Translations under genes and position numbers: made by a program
In this document: in pieces, positions 1-12,220 of the stretch
Layout of the letters: each line of letters begins with the position of its first letter
Position numbering within the stretch: the stretch's first letter is position 1
Origin: Octopus bimaculoides
Lineage: Eukaryota
Length of the DNA stretch: 36,810 bases
Direction of reading: 5' to 3'
NCBI RefSeq assembly: GCF_001194135.2
Contig: NC_068998.1
Span: 10,597,204-10,634,013, forward strand
Notes under the pieces: model-generated
The model's input: only the letters and a program-made list of their open reading frames with translations
The model's database searches: none
What the model was told of the DNA's origin: nothing

Positions 1-38
<38 letters not shown>
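1..38. repeat. (TA)n microsatellite
   Basis: Perfect TA dinucleotide run at the window start. Confidence 0.95.
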
Positions 39-42
<4 letters not shown>

Positions 43-1626
43 TGTATATTTGTATATTAACATGCATTTAACAAAGTAATATAGTAATGTATAGGAAAAT
101 TAAAATAAAACAAAAACAAAAGAAATAGAAAAAAAAATCTAATCAAACATACACACATGGAGAACATAAAGGTACACAAAATCACAGATATTTTCTCGTG
201 CATCAATTCTTCGTACAGAATAATAATAAATCAACATATATATGTATATATCTATATATTTCACCAACCTGTCTCTTCTGTCCCATATGGACGGCTTTAG
301 AGAAAACTTTTGAGTAGAATAAGCAAAATATACCAATATCATGAAAAAATGACTGATACCACGACGATTATAAGGGGATGGGGCTTGTCAGAGAGTGTCT
401 GAGAGTGAGAGAGAGAGAGAGAAAGGGTGAGAAAGAGAGAGAGGGGGGCTGTGGGAGGTGTTTATCTGAGTTTGTGATATTTCATTGCGGGGGTGTGGTG
501 GTTGTAGGTGGCAAAATTGCAGTTGTGTTCGTGATGTGGTGGTACAGTGCATCGGACTTGATCTTTATTGGAGGTGGGGAGGGGGGGCAGAGAAATAGCC
601 ATTTGGAAGAAGAAGAACAANNNNNNNNNNNNNNNNNNNNNNNNNNNNNNNNNNNNNNNNNNNNNNNNNNNNNNNNNNNNNNNNNNNNNNNNNNNNNNNN
701 NNNNNNNNNNNNNNNNNNNNNNNNNNNNNNNNNNNNNNNNNNNNNNNNNNNNNNNNNNNNNNNNNNNNNNNNNNNNNNNNNNNNNNNNNNNNNNNNNNNN
801 NNNNNNNNNNNNNNNNNNNNNNNNNNNNNNNNNNNNNNNNNNNNNNNNNNNNNNNNNNNNNNNNNNNNNNNNNNNNNNNNNNNNNNNNNNNNNNNNNNNN
901 NNNNNNNNNNNNNNNNNNNNNNNNNNNNNNNNNNNNNNNNNNNNNNNNNNNNNNNNNNNNNNNNNNNNNNNNNNNNNNNNNNNNNNNNNNNNNNNNNNNN
1001 NNNNNNNNNNNNNNNNNNNNNNNNNNNNNNNNNNNNNNNNNNNNNNNNNNNNNNNNNNNNNNNNNNNNNNNNNNNNNNNNNNNNNNNNNNNNNNNNNNNN
1101 NNNNNNNNNNNNNNNNNNNNNNNNNNNNNNNNNNNNNNNNNNNNNNNNNNNNNNNNNNNNNNNNNNNNNNNNNNNNNNNNNNNNNNNNNNNNNNNNNNNN
1201 NNNNNNNNNNNNNNNNNNNNNNNNNNNNNNNNNNNNNNNNNNNNNNNNNNNNNNNNNNNNNNNNNNNNNNNNNNNNNNNNNNNNNNNNNNNNNNNNNNNN
1301 NNNNNNNNNNNNNNNNNNNNNNNNNNNNNNNNNNNNNNNNNNNNNNNNNNNNNNNNNNNNNNNNNNNNNNNNNNNNNNNNNNNNNNNNNNNNNNNNNNNN
1401 NNNNNNNNNNNNNNNNNNNNNNNNNNNNNNNNNNNNNNNNNNNNNNNNNNNNNNNNNNNNNNNNNNNNNNNNNNNNNNNNNNNNNNNNNNNNNNNNNNNN
1501 NNNNNNNNNNNNNNNNNNNNNNNNNNNNNNNNNNNNNNNNNNNNNNNNNNNNNNNNNNNNNNNNNNNNNNNNNNNNNNNNNNNNNNNNNNNNNNNNNNNN
1601 ATATATATATATATATATACAGATAT

Positions 1627-1786
1627 GCGACGGGCTTCTTTCAGTTTCCGTCTATCAAATCCACTCACAAGGCTTTGGCCAGCCCTTGGGTATAGTAGTA
1701 GACACTTGTACAAGGTGGCACACAGTGGGACTGAACCCGAAACCATGTAATTGGGAAGCAAACGTCTTGCCACACAGCCATGCCTG
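1627..1786 (-). mobile_element. tRNA-derived SINE family A (CORE-like), 5' half
   Basis: Reverse complement reads ggcatggctgtgtggcaagacg...ggttcagtcccactgtgtgccaccttgtacaagtgtctactactatac...ggatttgatagacggaaactgaaagaagcccgtc. This gives a tRNA A/B-box head plus a CCTTGGGCAAGT-type core shared with other copies in the window. Confidence 0.85.
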
Positions 1787-1921
1787 TATGTATGTATGTA
1801 TGTATGTATGTATTTATACACACACATATACATACACACATGTTGTGTATATGTATGCACACGCATATGCATACACATACATATATGGGTGGTTGCACGT
1901 GTGTGTGTGAGTGTATCTTAT

Positions 1922-2308
1922 GGCGGCAAGTTGGCAGAGTGGTTAGAAGCTTGCTTCCCAACCACTTGGTTCTGTGTTCAGTCCCACTGCGTGGCACCTT
2001 GGGCAAGAGTCTTGTACTATACCCTCGGGCCGACCAAATCCTTGTGAGTGGATTTGGTAGACGGAAACTGTAAGAAGCCCGTCGTAAATATATACATATA
2101 TATGTATTTGTGCGTCTGTGTTTGTCCCCCCCCCCACCATCGCTTGACAAACCGATATTGGTGTGTTTACGTCCTCGTAACATAGCGGTTCGGCAAAATC
2201 AGTCGATATAAGAAGTACTAGGCTTACAAAGAATAAGTCCTGGGGTCGATTTGTTCGACTAAATGCGGTGTTCCAGCATGGACGCAATCAAATGGCTCAA
2301 ACAAGTAA
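1922..2308 (+). mobile_element. SINE family A, near full length
   Basis: A box TGGCAGAGTGG, B-box-like gttcagtccc, core cgtggcaccttgggcaag, internal TA/TG spacer, then cgcttgacaaaccg...tagcggttcggc...ctggggtcgat and tail gcggtgttccagcatgg...aaacaagtaa. The 3' end is cut by a gap. Confidence 0.9.
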
Positions 2309-3007
2309 NNNNNNNNNNNNNNNNNNNNNNNNNNNNNNNNNNNNNNNNNNNNNNNNNNNNNNNNNNNNNNNNNNNNNNNNNNNNNNNNNNNNNNNNNNNN
2401 NNNNNNNNNNNNNNNNNNNNNNNNNNNNNNNNNNNNNNNNNNNNNNNNNNNNNNNNNNNNNNNNNNNNNNNNNNNNNNNNNNNNNNNNNNNNNNNNNNNN
2501 NNNNNNNNNNNNNNNNNNNNNNNNNNNNNNNNNNNNNNNNNNNNNNNNNNNNNNNNNNNNNNNNNNNNNNNNNNNNNNNNNNNNNNNNNNNNNNNNNNNN
2601 NNNNNNNNNNNNNNNNNNNNNNNNNNNNNNNNNNNNNNNNNNNNNNNNNNNNNNNNNNNNNNNNNNNNNNNNNNNNNNNNNNNNNNNNNNNNNNNNNNNN
2701 NNNNNNNNNNNNNNNNNNNNNNNNNNNNNNNNNNNNNNNNNNNNNNNNNNNNNNNNNNNNNNNNNNNNNNNNNNNNNNNNNNNNNNNNNNNNNNNNNNNN
2801 NNNNNNNNNNNNNNNNNNNNNNNNNNNNNNNNNNNNNNNNNNNNNNNNNNNNNNNNNNNNNNNNNNNNNNNNNNNNNNNNNNNNNNNNNNNNNNNNNNNN
2901 NNNNNNNNNNNNNNNNNNNNNNNNNNNNNNNNNNNNNNNNNNNNNNNNNNNNNNNNNNNNNNNNNNNNNNNNNNNNNNNNNNNNAAACGCTCGGGAATAG
3001 AGAATGT

Positions 3008-3043
3008 CTTTAACGTTTCGAGTCTACGCTCTTCCACAGAAAG
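3008..3043 (-). ncRNA. degenerate minimal type I hammerhead ribozyme motif (Penelope-type)
   Basis: Minus strand: CUUU-CUGUGGA-A-GAG cguaga CUC-GAAA-CG-UU-AAAG. It has stem I CUUU/AAAG, stem II GAG/CUC, GAAAC and a palindromic AACGUU. The core differs from CUGANGA at A6. Confidence 0.55.
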
Positions 3044-3899
3044 GAACACAGAAAGAAATAAGGAGATAACTATTTGTACTTCCATGTATGTATGTATGTA
3101 TGTATGTATGTTTCGATGGACGGATGGATGGATGGATGGATGTATATATGTGAGTATGTATATACGTGCATACGTGTGAACATATGCATATAGAGAGAAA
3201 GACAGACAGATAACTAGGTATATAGATAGATAGTCATATAGATAGATAGTAACATACATGCAAAAATGCATGCATACATGCATACATACATACATACATA
3301 CATACATACATAAATGCGTACATACATACATACAAGTATACTACACACATACACATACAGTGTGCATGCCTGAATCACATGTATGTGTGTGTGTGCGTGT
3401 ATTTATATCTATAATAGACTCTTTATTCGTTTATTCGTCTACTAATCTAATTGACTGCCATATGTAAGGTGAGCGTACAATTTCAGAACATAGTGGCTTC
3501 AGTGAAAACAGATGAATGAACCAGCTAAAAGTGAGTAAAGAATAATAAACAAATTGGACGAATGGAATAGCGTTATTATAACAGAGTAACAAACAGAACG
3601 ACAGAATGGTAGAATAAACTACGTTTGAATAACTAAATAACATAATACTTAAATGAATGAATGAATAAATAAACGAATGAATGAATGAATGATTGAATCA
3701 ATGAAGTTTTGAATGAATTGAAGGAATAAGTGAATTGCAAATTTCTTTAAAACTGGAATAAAAGAATATTATAATGATGACTTGAGGACATTTTCCTCGC
3801 TTTACATATTGTAAGTTGGTATATTCTAGACAATTTGTCACGGCCATGGCTTGCAGAAACATGTTTAGAATACACCAAATGATTTATCTTTTATATTTA

Positions 3900-3985
3900 A
3901 CTTGCTTTAGTCATTGGACTACGGCCATGCTATAGCATCGCCTTGAAGGATTTCAGTGGAACAAATCGCCCCCTCCCAAGTAATT
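3900..3985 (-). mobile_element. SINE 3' tail fragment
   Basis: cttgctttagtcattggactacggccatgctatagcatcgcc matches the family A tail seen at 19578-19640. Confidence 0.6.
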
Positions 3986-4767
3986 ATATATATATANNNN
4001 NNNNNNNNNNNNNNNNNNNNNNNNNNNNNNNNNNNNNNNNNNNNNNNNNNNNNNNNNNNNNNNNNNNNNNNNNNNNNNNNNNNNNNNNNNNNNNNNNNNN
4101 NNNNNNNNNNNNNNNNNNNNNNNNNNNNNNNNNNNNNNNNNNNNNNNNNNNNNNNNNNNNNNNNNNNNNNNNNNNNNNNNNNNNNNNNNNNNNNNNNNNN
4201 NNNNTACAAATATATATGTAGAAGGTTGAAAAGGAACACACGTGTTGATATATATGGAAAAAAAAGTCAAGGTAGAAAATGCTAAAATAATTTTATAAAA
4301 GATATTTCAGTCATTGAGACTTTTTCAACTGTAAGTATGGAAAACAATTAAATTTTGGAAAAATTAAAACATAAGTTTTTTAAAAGAATATTTGCATAGT
4401 ATTCAAATACAAGGGGCATTTTCCTTGTTTCTGCCTGTCTCTGTTTCTTGTTTACTCTTGTGAGTTCGAGGTCTTTGTATGTATGTATGTATGTATGTAT
4501 GTATGTACTTGAATGTTGTGTTTATGTCGAAATAAGTAATATATGTTCTGAAACATATACGCACAGACATATGAACGCACGCGCATAATTGTATACATAG
4601 CTATGTATAGTCGATTGGTGTTATACCTACCGTTCGCAGGTATGTATGGGCGTGCGCGTGCGTTTGCATGTGTATGTGTAGAGGTATTGAGTTCCTAATG
4701 ACATGTGTTATCAAGAAGACACTCATATCCACACATACACACACACACGCGCGCATCACTCTCTCTC

Positions 4768-4813
<46 letters not shown>

Positions 4814-4823
4814 NNNNNNNNNN

Positions 4824-4873
<50 letters not shown>

Positions 4874-4955
4874 TCATCTCTCTATGTATCTGTATTTAGG
4901 ACTAGATGCGTGTGTATGCTTACATATTCGTAATCCCATACATTATACATATATG

Positions 4956-4990
<35 letters not shown>

Positions 4991-5143
4991 ACATATATGC
5001 ACACACACACGCACACACACACACACACACATACATACACATATATATATATACACGCATACATATCTAGACACATAAAGGAATTAAATGCATTCAAACA
5101 TATGCACATAAATACATAACTGAATAACTACCTACCTTCCAAC

Positions 5144-5156
5144 ATACATACATACA

Positions 5157-5188
<32 letters not shown>

Positions 5189-5228
5189 AACATACATACA
5201 TATAAACATACATACATACATACATACA

Positions 5229-5260
<32 letters not shown>

Positions 5261-5276
5261 AACATTCATACATATA
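5144..5276. repeat. (TACA)n microsatellite
   Basis: Long, nearly perfect TACA run ending at a gap. Confidence 0.95.
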
Positions 5277-6280
5277 NNNNNNNNNNNNNNNNNNNNNNNN
5301 NNNNNNNNNNNNNNNNNNNNNNNNNNNNNNNNNNNNNNNNNNNNNNNNNNNNNNNNNNNNNNNNNNNNNNNNNNNNNNNNNNNNNNNNNNNNNNNNNNNN
5401 NNNNNNNNNNNNNNNNNNNNNNNNNNNNNNNNNNNNNNNNNNNNNNNNNNNNNNNNNNNNNNNNNNNNNNNNNNNNNNNNNNNNNNNNNNNNNNNNNNNN
5501 NNNNNNNNNNNNNNNNNNNNNNNNNNNNNNNNNNNNNNNNNNNNNNNNNNNNNNNNNNNNNNNNNNNNNNNNNNNNNNNNNNNNNNNNNNNNNNNNNNNN
5601 NNNNNNNNNNNNNNNNNNNNNNNNNNNNNNNNNNNNNNNNNNNNNNNNNNNNNNNNNNNNNNNNNNNNNNNNNNNNNNNNNNNNNNNNNNNNNNNNNNNN
5701 NNNNNNNNNNNNNNNNNNNNNNNNNNNNNNNNNNNNNNNNNNNNNNNNNNNNNNNNNNNNNNNNNNNNNNNNNNNNNNNNNNNNNNNNNNNNNNNNNNNN
5801 NNNNNNNNNNNNNNNNNNNNNNNNNNNNNNNNNNNNNNNNNNNNNNNNNNNNNNNNNNNNNNNNNNNNNNNNNNNNNNNNNNNNNNNNNNNNNNNNNNNN
5901 NNNNNNNNNNNNNNNNNNNNNNNNNNNNNNNNNNNNNNNNNNNNNNNNNNNNNNNNNNNNNNNNNNNNNNNNNNNNNNNNNNNNNNNNNNNNNNNNNNNN
6001 NNNNNNNNNNNNNNNNNNNNNNNNNNNNNNNNNNNNNNNNNNNNNNNNNNNNNNNNNNNNNNNNNNNNNNNNNNNNNNNNNNNNNNNNNNNNNNNNNNNN
6101 NNNNNNNNNNNNNNNNNNNNNNNNNNNNNNNNNNNNNNNNNNNNNNNNNNNNNNNNNNNNNNNNNNNNNNNNNNNNNNNNNNNNNNNNNNNNNNNNNNNN
6201 NNNNNNNNATATATATACACAAACACGTACATACGTACATTGTATGTATCATATTTATATGTGTGTATATGTATGTATAC

Positions 6281-6282
<2 letters not shown>

Positions 6283-6365
<83 letters not shown>
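6283..6365. repeat. compound (CA)n(TA)n microsatellite
   Basis: Direct reading. Confidence 0.95.
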
Positions 6366-6375
<10 letters not shown>

Positions 6376-6619
6376 TATGTGCATATATAAACATATATGT
6401 TCATACACGTATGTATGAATGGATGTAGATCCATATATATTTGTATATATGTATATGTATGTATATATATATATATATATGCATGTATATATGCACATAT
6501 GTGTGTGTATATGTATATATGTGTGTACGTGTTTGTATGAATGTAATGTTAATGTATACATGTATATAAATGCATGTATATATCTGTGTGTATGTGCGTG
6601 TGTCAGCGAGTGTGTGTAT

Positions 6620-6663
<44 letters not shown>

Positions 6664-7517
6664 ACATTCTATTCAAATGTGAGAATTATAGACTACCTAT
6701 TCTTTGCCTCTTTCTTTCTTCTTTTCTTCCTGTCTGTCAGACATCTGTTTCCGATGCATCTTTGTACGTACTCGCACAGATACATCAACACACACACGCN
6801 NNNNNNNNNNNNNNNNNNNNNNNNNNNNNNNNNNNNNNNNNNNNNNNNNNNNNNNNNNNNNNNNNNNNNNNNNNNNNNNNNNNNNNNNNNNNNNNNNNNN
6901 NNNNNNNNNNNNNNNNNNNNNNNNNNNNNNNNNNNNNNNNNNNNNNNNNNNNNNNNNNNNNNNNNNNNNNNNNNNNNNNNNNNNNNNNNNNNNNNNNNNN
7001 NNNNNNNNNNNNNNNNNNNNNNNNNNNNNNNNNNNNNNNNNNNNNNNNNNNNNNNNNNNNNNNNNNNNNNNNNNNNNNNNNNNNNNNNNNNNNNNNNNNN
7101 NNNNNNNNNNNNNNNNNNNNNNNNNNNNNNNNNNNNNNNNNNNNNNNNNNNNNNNNNNNNNNNNNNNNNNNNNNNNNNNNNNNNNNNNNNNNNNNNNNNN
7201 NNNNNNNNNNNNNNNNNNNNNNNNNNNNNNNNNNNNNNNNNNNNNNNNNNNNNNNNNNNNNNNNNNNNNNNNNNNNNNNNNNNNNNNNNNNNNNNNNNNN
7301 NNNNNNNNNNNNNNNNNNNNNNNNNNNNNNNNNNNNNNNNNNNNNNNNNNNNNNNNNNNNNNNNNNNNNNNNNNNNNNNNNNNNNNNNNNNNNNNNNNNN
7401 NNNNNNNNNNNNNNNNNNNNNNNNNNNNNNNNNNNNNNNNNNNNNNNNNNNNNNNNNNNNNNNNNNNNNNNNNNNNNNNNNNNNNNNNNNNNNNNNNNNN
7501 NNNNNNNNNNNNNNNNN

Positions 7518-7547
<30 letters not shown>

Positions 7548-7549
<2 letters not shown>

Positions 7550-7678
7550 GACAGGCTTCCTCAATTTCTGTCTACCAAATCCACTCACAAAGGCCTTGGT
7601 TGGCCCGGTGCTATAGTAAAAGACACTTACCCAAAGTGTCACGCAGTGGGACTGAATCCGGAACCATGTGATTGGAAA
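7548..7678 (-). mobile_element. SINE family A fragment
   Basis: gacaggcttcctcaatttctgtctaccaaatccactcacaagg...gacacttacccaaagtgtcacgcagtgggactgaatccggaaccatgtg, homologous to the other family A copies. Confidence 0.85.
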
Positions 7679-7734
7679 TACACATAAATACATACATGCG
7701 TGTGTGGTTGTGCGTGTGTGTGTGTATGTACATT

Positions 7735-7816
<82 letters not shown>
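7735..7816. repeat. (TAGA)n microsatellite
   Basis: About 20 perfect units. Confidence 0.95.
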
Positions 7817-7817
<1 letters not shown>

Positions 7818-8304
7818 GTCATAGAACATGTTAACATGTTCTGATTGTATGTGGTAAATAATCTTAAATTCTATTAAATTCAACGTATTATTTTTTTAAA
7901 TATAAAACTAATAATATATTTAATATATTTTATATATAAATGATATATAACTGAAAACTTGTAAAAAATTTATAAGCTTTTATTGCAAAATTTTCCAAGT
8001 GTATGAAGATATTGAATATTGACGTATTTAATTTTACTTGTGTTGACTTTTACGTTGCTCATCATATAAATTATAGCATTCTGTTCTATATGCATTTAAA
8101 TATGGAATAATATGAAACTATAAATTGAAGATTTATAGAAATATACTGTAGGCTGTTTAATATGATGATCACGCTTTTTAAGTAACCACTATAAAATATT
8201 GACTCTTATCAGGAAAACAGAAAATCAATTTTTTTATTCTTATTCCTCTACAATGAAATGAATTGTGAAGAATAAGAAAGCCAACATAGTTTAATAAAAT
8301 CCGA

Positions 8305-8660
8305 CAATGTTCTTCTGTTGACTATGTACTTGAAAATGTGTATCGTTTCTTCATTAACAACGAAAACATTAGTCTCATTGCTGGGCAGCATAAGATCGGA
8401 GAGTCTCTTCTCATTACTGCCCCTGCTGTTTATACTTAATTGACTCAAGTTTGGAAAAGAAGAACTTCTCAGTTTCTGGTGTTATTGGTAAAGCTGCATA
8501 AATTTTTAGGAGTTCATATATAATTCATACAACGGAGGGGAAATCAGAGAGTCTCTCTTCTCAACTCTAGTTCTGCAATTTGTATTTAACTAACTTGAGC
8601 TTCGTAAAAGAAGAGCACTATACGTTTGCCGCTGTTATTGGTTCCAAAGATATTAACGTT
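8305..8660 (-). mobile_element. decayed hAT transposase C-terminal dimerisation domain, two tandem copies
   Basis: Minus-strand translation gives YELLKIYAALPITPETEKFFFSKLESIKYK/(frameshift)SNEKRLSDLMLPSNE...IFKYIVNRR (8305-8518) and PITAANV*CSSFTKLKLVKYKLQN*S*EERLSDF (~8540-8645). Both resemble the hAT motif LLxIxxxLPxTxxxxERxFSxLKxxKxxLRxxMxxxRLSxL. Confidence 0.75.
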
Positions 8661-8906
8661 TTTCCTCGTGAAGAGTCCTTGATTGAAGATCCATGTACAC
8701 TCTACTTATATTAGCAGCTCTACCATATTTCTAAGCCCTCATGTTTTCTATTTGTAACCCATTTCCTTCAAAGATACGGCTACCATATAGCGTAGCTAAA
8801 GGTGTGTGATAAGAAGCGGTCATCCATGGGAGATATTTAGAAGGGCAGCGCTTTATATATGTATTGTGTTGCGTTTTTCGCGGTAGGGAGGAAACCCAAG
8901 GATCAT

Positions 8907-8936
8907 CCCTAACCCTAACACTAACCCTAACCCTAA
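8907..8936. repeat. interstitial (CCCTAA)5 telomere-like repeat
   Basis: ccctaa ccctaa cactaa ccctaa ccctaa. Confidence 0.8.
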
Positions 8937-11024
8937 TCCTCTAGTTACGCTACTGAACCGTTCTCTCTAGATCTTCTCTACATCATGCGCTTCCATATTT
9001 CTTTTTCATATAACCCTTCAGTCTAAATTCGTACACTGCTTAAGCATTCGTCCTTCTATCTGTTGATAAACTTCACTATGGAAGAGGGAAATTAAATAGA
9101 AAACCGTGTTAAAATAGCAAGTATAATAAATGACGTCTTGTAAATTAGCATAAATATCAATCAATTTCAAGACGCTTCTAATAATATTTCAACCATTCAT
9201 TTTTCTTCTTTTTTTTTCTCTCTCAGTTTCCCAACTCTTCATACAATTGTGATACACGTTTGACCTTATGGCCAGTTCTTGTTCCATTTGTCAGACATAC
9301 AGTTTGTTCTCAACGGATTAAATGTATTCCGAGGTAATGATAATGTCGAGGAAGCAATATTGTTTCCTTTATTTCCAAGGGGAAAATACATTAACACATT
9401 GTAGTCTCATTTAGGTGGAAACACTGATTTCTTGTAAAAATGATAAATCTATTCAAACTGGTTACAGTACACGTATTTCAGAGATTGATTTGTTTTGTTA
9501 TTCACAAAAGACATGAAAGACAAATTCTTACATTCTTCTCCTTTGTATGATAACATGATTTTGTTACATAGACACAAAGCCTGGGCAGAATAATCTATCA
9601 CAAATCTACTTGAGAAGAAATACTGCGTCATTTGATAATAAATAACAAGAATATTTTTATATTGGTTTTTAATGAAAATTGAATTGCTTTTAAATATCAG
9701 TTTCATGTTAAAAATGTAAATGTTATGTTATTAAATCATTTATTAGTTTTGTAAAAAAATATCAATCTTAGTAATTGCACATCGATGACTGAATCATGTC
9801 GAGTATTTTTGCATATTGCTTTAGAACCAGTTGCTGAAGAAAACAAATGCTAGTAACAATGGATTCTATTAAAGCGTGTTTCTGAACTTTAAATAGAAAA
9901 TTTATATTACAAAGAAACAGGAGCCCCTCCCTATACACGTCCCTGTATATTAGACACATATATACATATATATATGTATGTACGTTAAGAGCTTTTTAAG
10001 ATTTAAAAGATGATGAAAACAAATAAAAGATGCTTTCCTTCACAACTTTGCAACCAAGTAAGTGGCCGGTCAAAATTAACTCTAAATTAAAAAGGGAAAG
10101 AGAACATACACACATACATACATACATACATACATATATACATATATACATACAAGCATACATACATACATACACACACACTCACACACACGCATGCATA
10201 ATACATACATACATACATACATACATACAATTGAATTGTAGGCAGTGTAGAAAGAGAGTGCCTGCTCAATCTGAAGCTATAAATATTAATTAGTAAATAT
10301 AAAAATAAAAAGAGTTTCCAACTCATTATACAAAGTGCAATGTAAAACATAATATTCGATGTACGATTCTCCAACTGGTCATATTTCGATATCCACTGTC
10401 TTTCAAGTTTAATGTGTATATTAACGCGTAACGCTATCAACCACACAGGTCGTGTGTTTAGTTCCGTAGTACATAAAATACAGCTGAAATGCCGAAATAA
10501 ATTAAACTGCCTCCGTTAACTGTCATTACGGAGTGAAAGTGTCATTACTGGGCGAACATCCCGCTGAGTGTGTGTTCGCCTTTAATTATTGAACCTGGTT
10601 TAAGAGGCATTATATTTCATGTGAGTATAGTAATAAAGAACATTATAAACGTATATATATATATATATNNNNNNNNNNNNNNNNNNNNNNNNNNNNNNNN
10701 NNNNNNNNNNNNNNNNNNNNNNNNNNNNNNNNNNNNNNNNNNNNNNNNNNNNNNNNNNNNNNNNNNNNNNNNNNNNNNNNNNNNNNNNNNNNNNNNNNNN
10801 NNNNNNNNNNNNNNNNNNNNNNNNNNNNNNNNNNNNNNNNNNNNNNNNNNNNNNNNNNNNNNNNNNNNNNNNNNNNNNNNNNNNNNNNNNNNNNNNNNNN
10901 NNNNNNNNNNNNNNNNNNNNNNNNNNNNNNNNNNNNNNNNNNNNNNNNNNNNNNNNNNNNNNNNNNNNNNNNNNNNNNNNNNNNNNNNNNNNNNNNNNNN
11001 NNNNNNNNNNNNNNNNNNNNNNNN

Positions 11025-11072
<48 letters not shown>

Positions 11073-11504
11073 TCACGCAACTGTATCATAATATGTATGT
11101 CTACCATATTGTATGCAAGATAATATTTGTGTTTATTGATACGCGTATATAGCTACAATAGACTCAAAATTTGGTCAAATTACTTTCGATGATATGTATA
11201 CATGACGATGTGTGTGTGTGTGTGTGTATGTTTGTGTGTGTGTTTGAGTGCGCGCGCGTCTAACTAAATATGTTGCAGTATTGGCTCTTAGTGGTAAGAC
11301 CTTCTGTTCAGAATTTACTAATACCCAATGCTTGCTTTGAGTTGTTACTGACTGTATGTGCTAATACATACATACATACATACATATATCTATATATACA
11401 CACACATTCATGCGCACAAACACATATATACATGTGTATATCTATATCTATATCTATATCTATCTATCTATCTATCTCTATATCTATATATATATAAATG
11501 CATA

Positions 11505-11604
<100 letters not shown>

Positions 11605-12220
11605 CTGATCAATCAACGCTCGTTAGTATACAGTCACTATTAGTCTGAAACAAGATCAAAAGAAATATCTGTAATAAACGCGATAACAAAATTATTCGAT
11701 ACTTGCCAAAGAATACAACTGGGAGAAAATATTTTCTGTAGAATCTTACATTTATATGCAGTATAATGAGATTTTACGTGTTCATTCAACTCCTAGACAG
11801 AACATCCAAAACATTCCTCAAAATACTCAAAGCAAATTTTTATCTCGTAAAAGAAAAGAGAACGAATGATATATTGTTCTACATACATCTTGTTTGAAAA
11901 AGAAAACATATGGGACGGTCACGGCTGAAACGCTTTTATATATTATTCTGTTTTATTAGGGCTGCGCTGATTTATGAAAAAAAAAACAACTGTTCAAAAA
12001 ATGTACAATGGTTCTAAAGACCAAAATCTCGAAGGAGAATTACCAACCCTGAGACATGAATTCAAGGACTTGAACATAAGACTCCGTTACCAAAAGCGAC
12101 TGCAGAGAAGACATTTTTAACCACAATATTGTCTCTTTCCACGATATATTATCTTTAGTATATACTTGACGATATGTAGAAGAATCCATTCCGTGTACAT
12201 TAACGCCTGCAAGATACATC

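Noticed and set aside
269-620. Possible minus-strand first exon ending at CAG|GTTGGT (269)
   Set aside because: No supporting downstream exon, the frames give only short uninformative peptides, and the upstream side is a gap.
1922-1950. Apparent chimera of a family B head on a family A body
   Set aside because: The segment is about as close to the family A head and to a generic tRNA A box (TGGCNNAGTGG), so shared tRNA ancestry suffices.
9228-9520. Strong polypyrimidine acceptor at ~9227 and GAG|GTAATG donor
   Set aside because: Joining to the next AG gives an immediate stop, and the peptides are unrecognisable.
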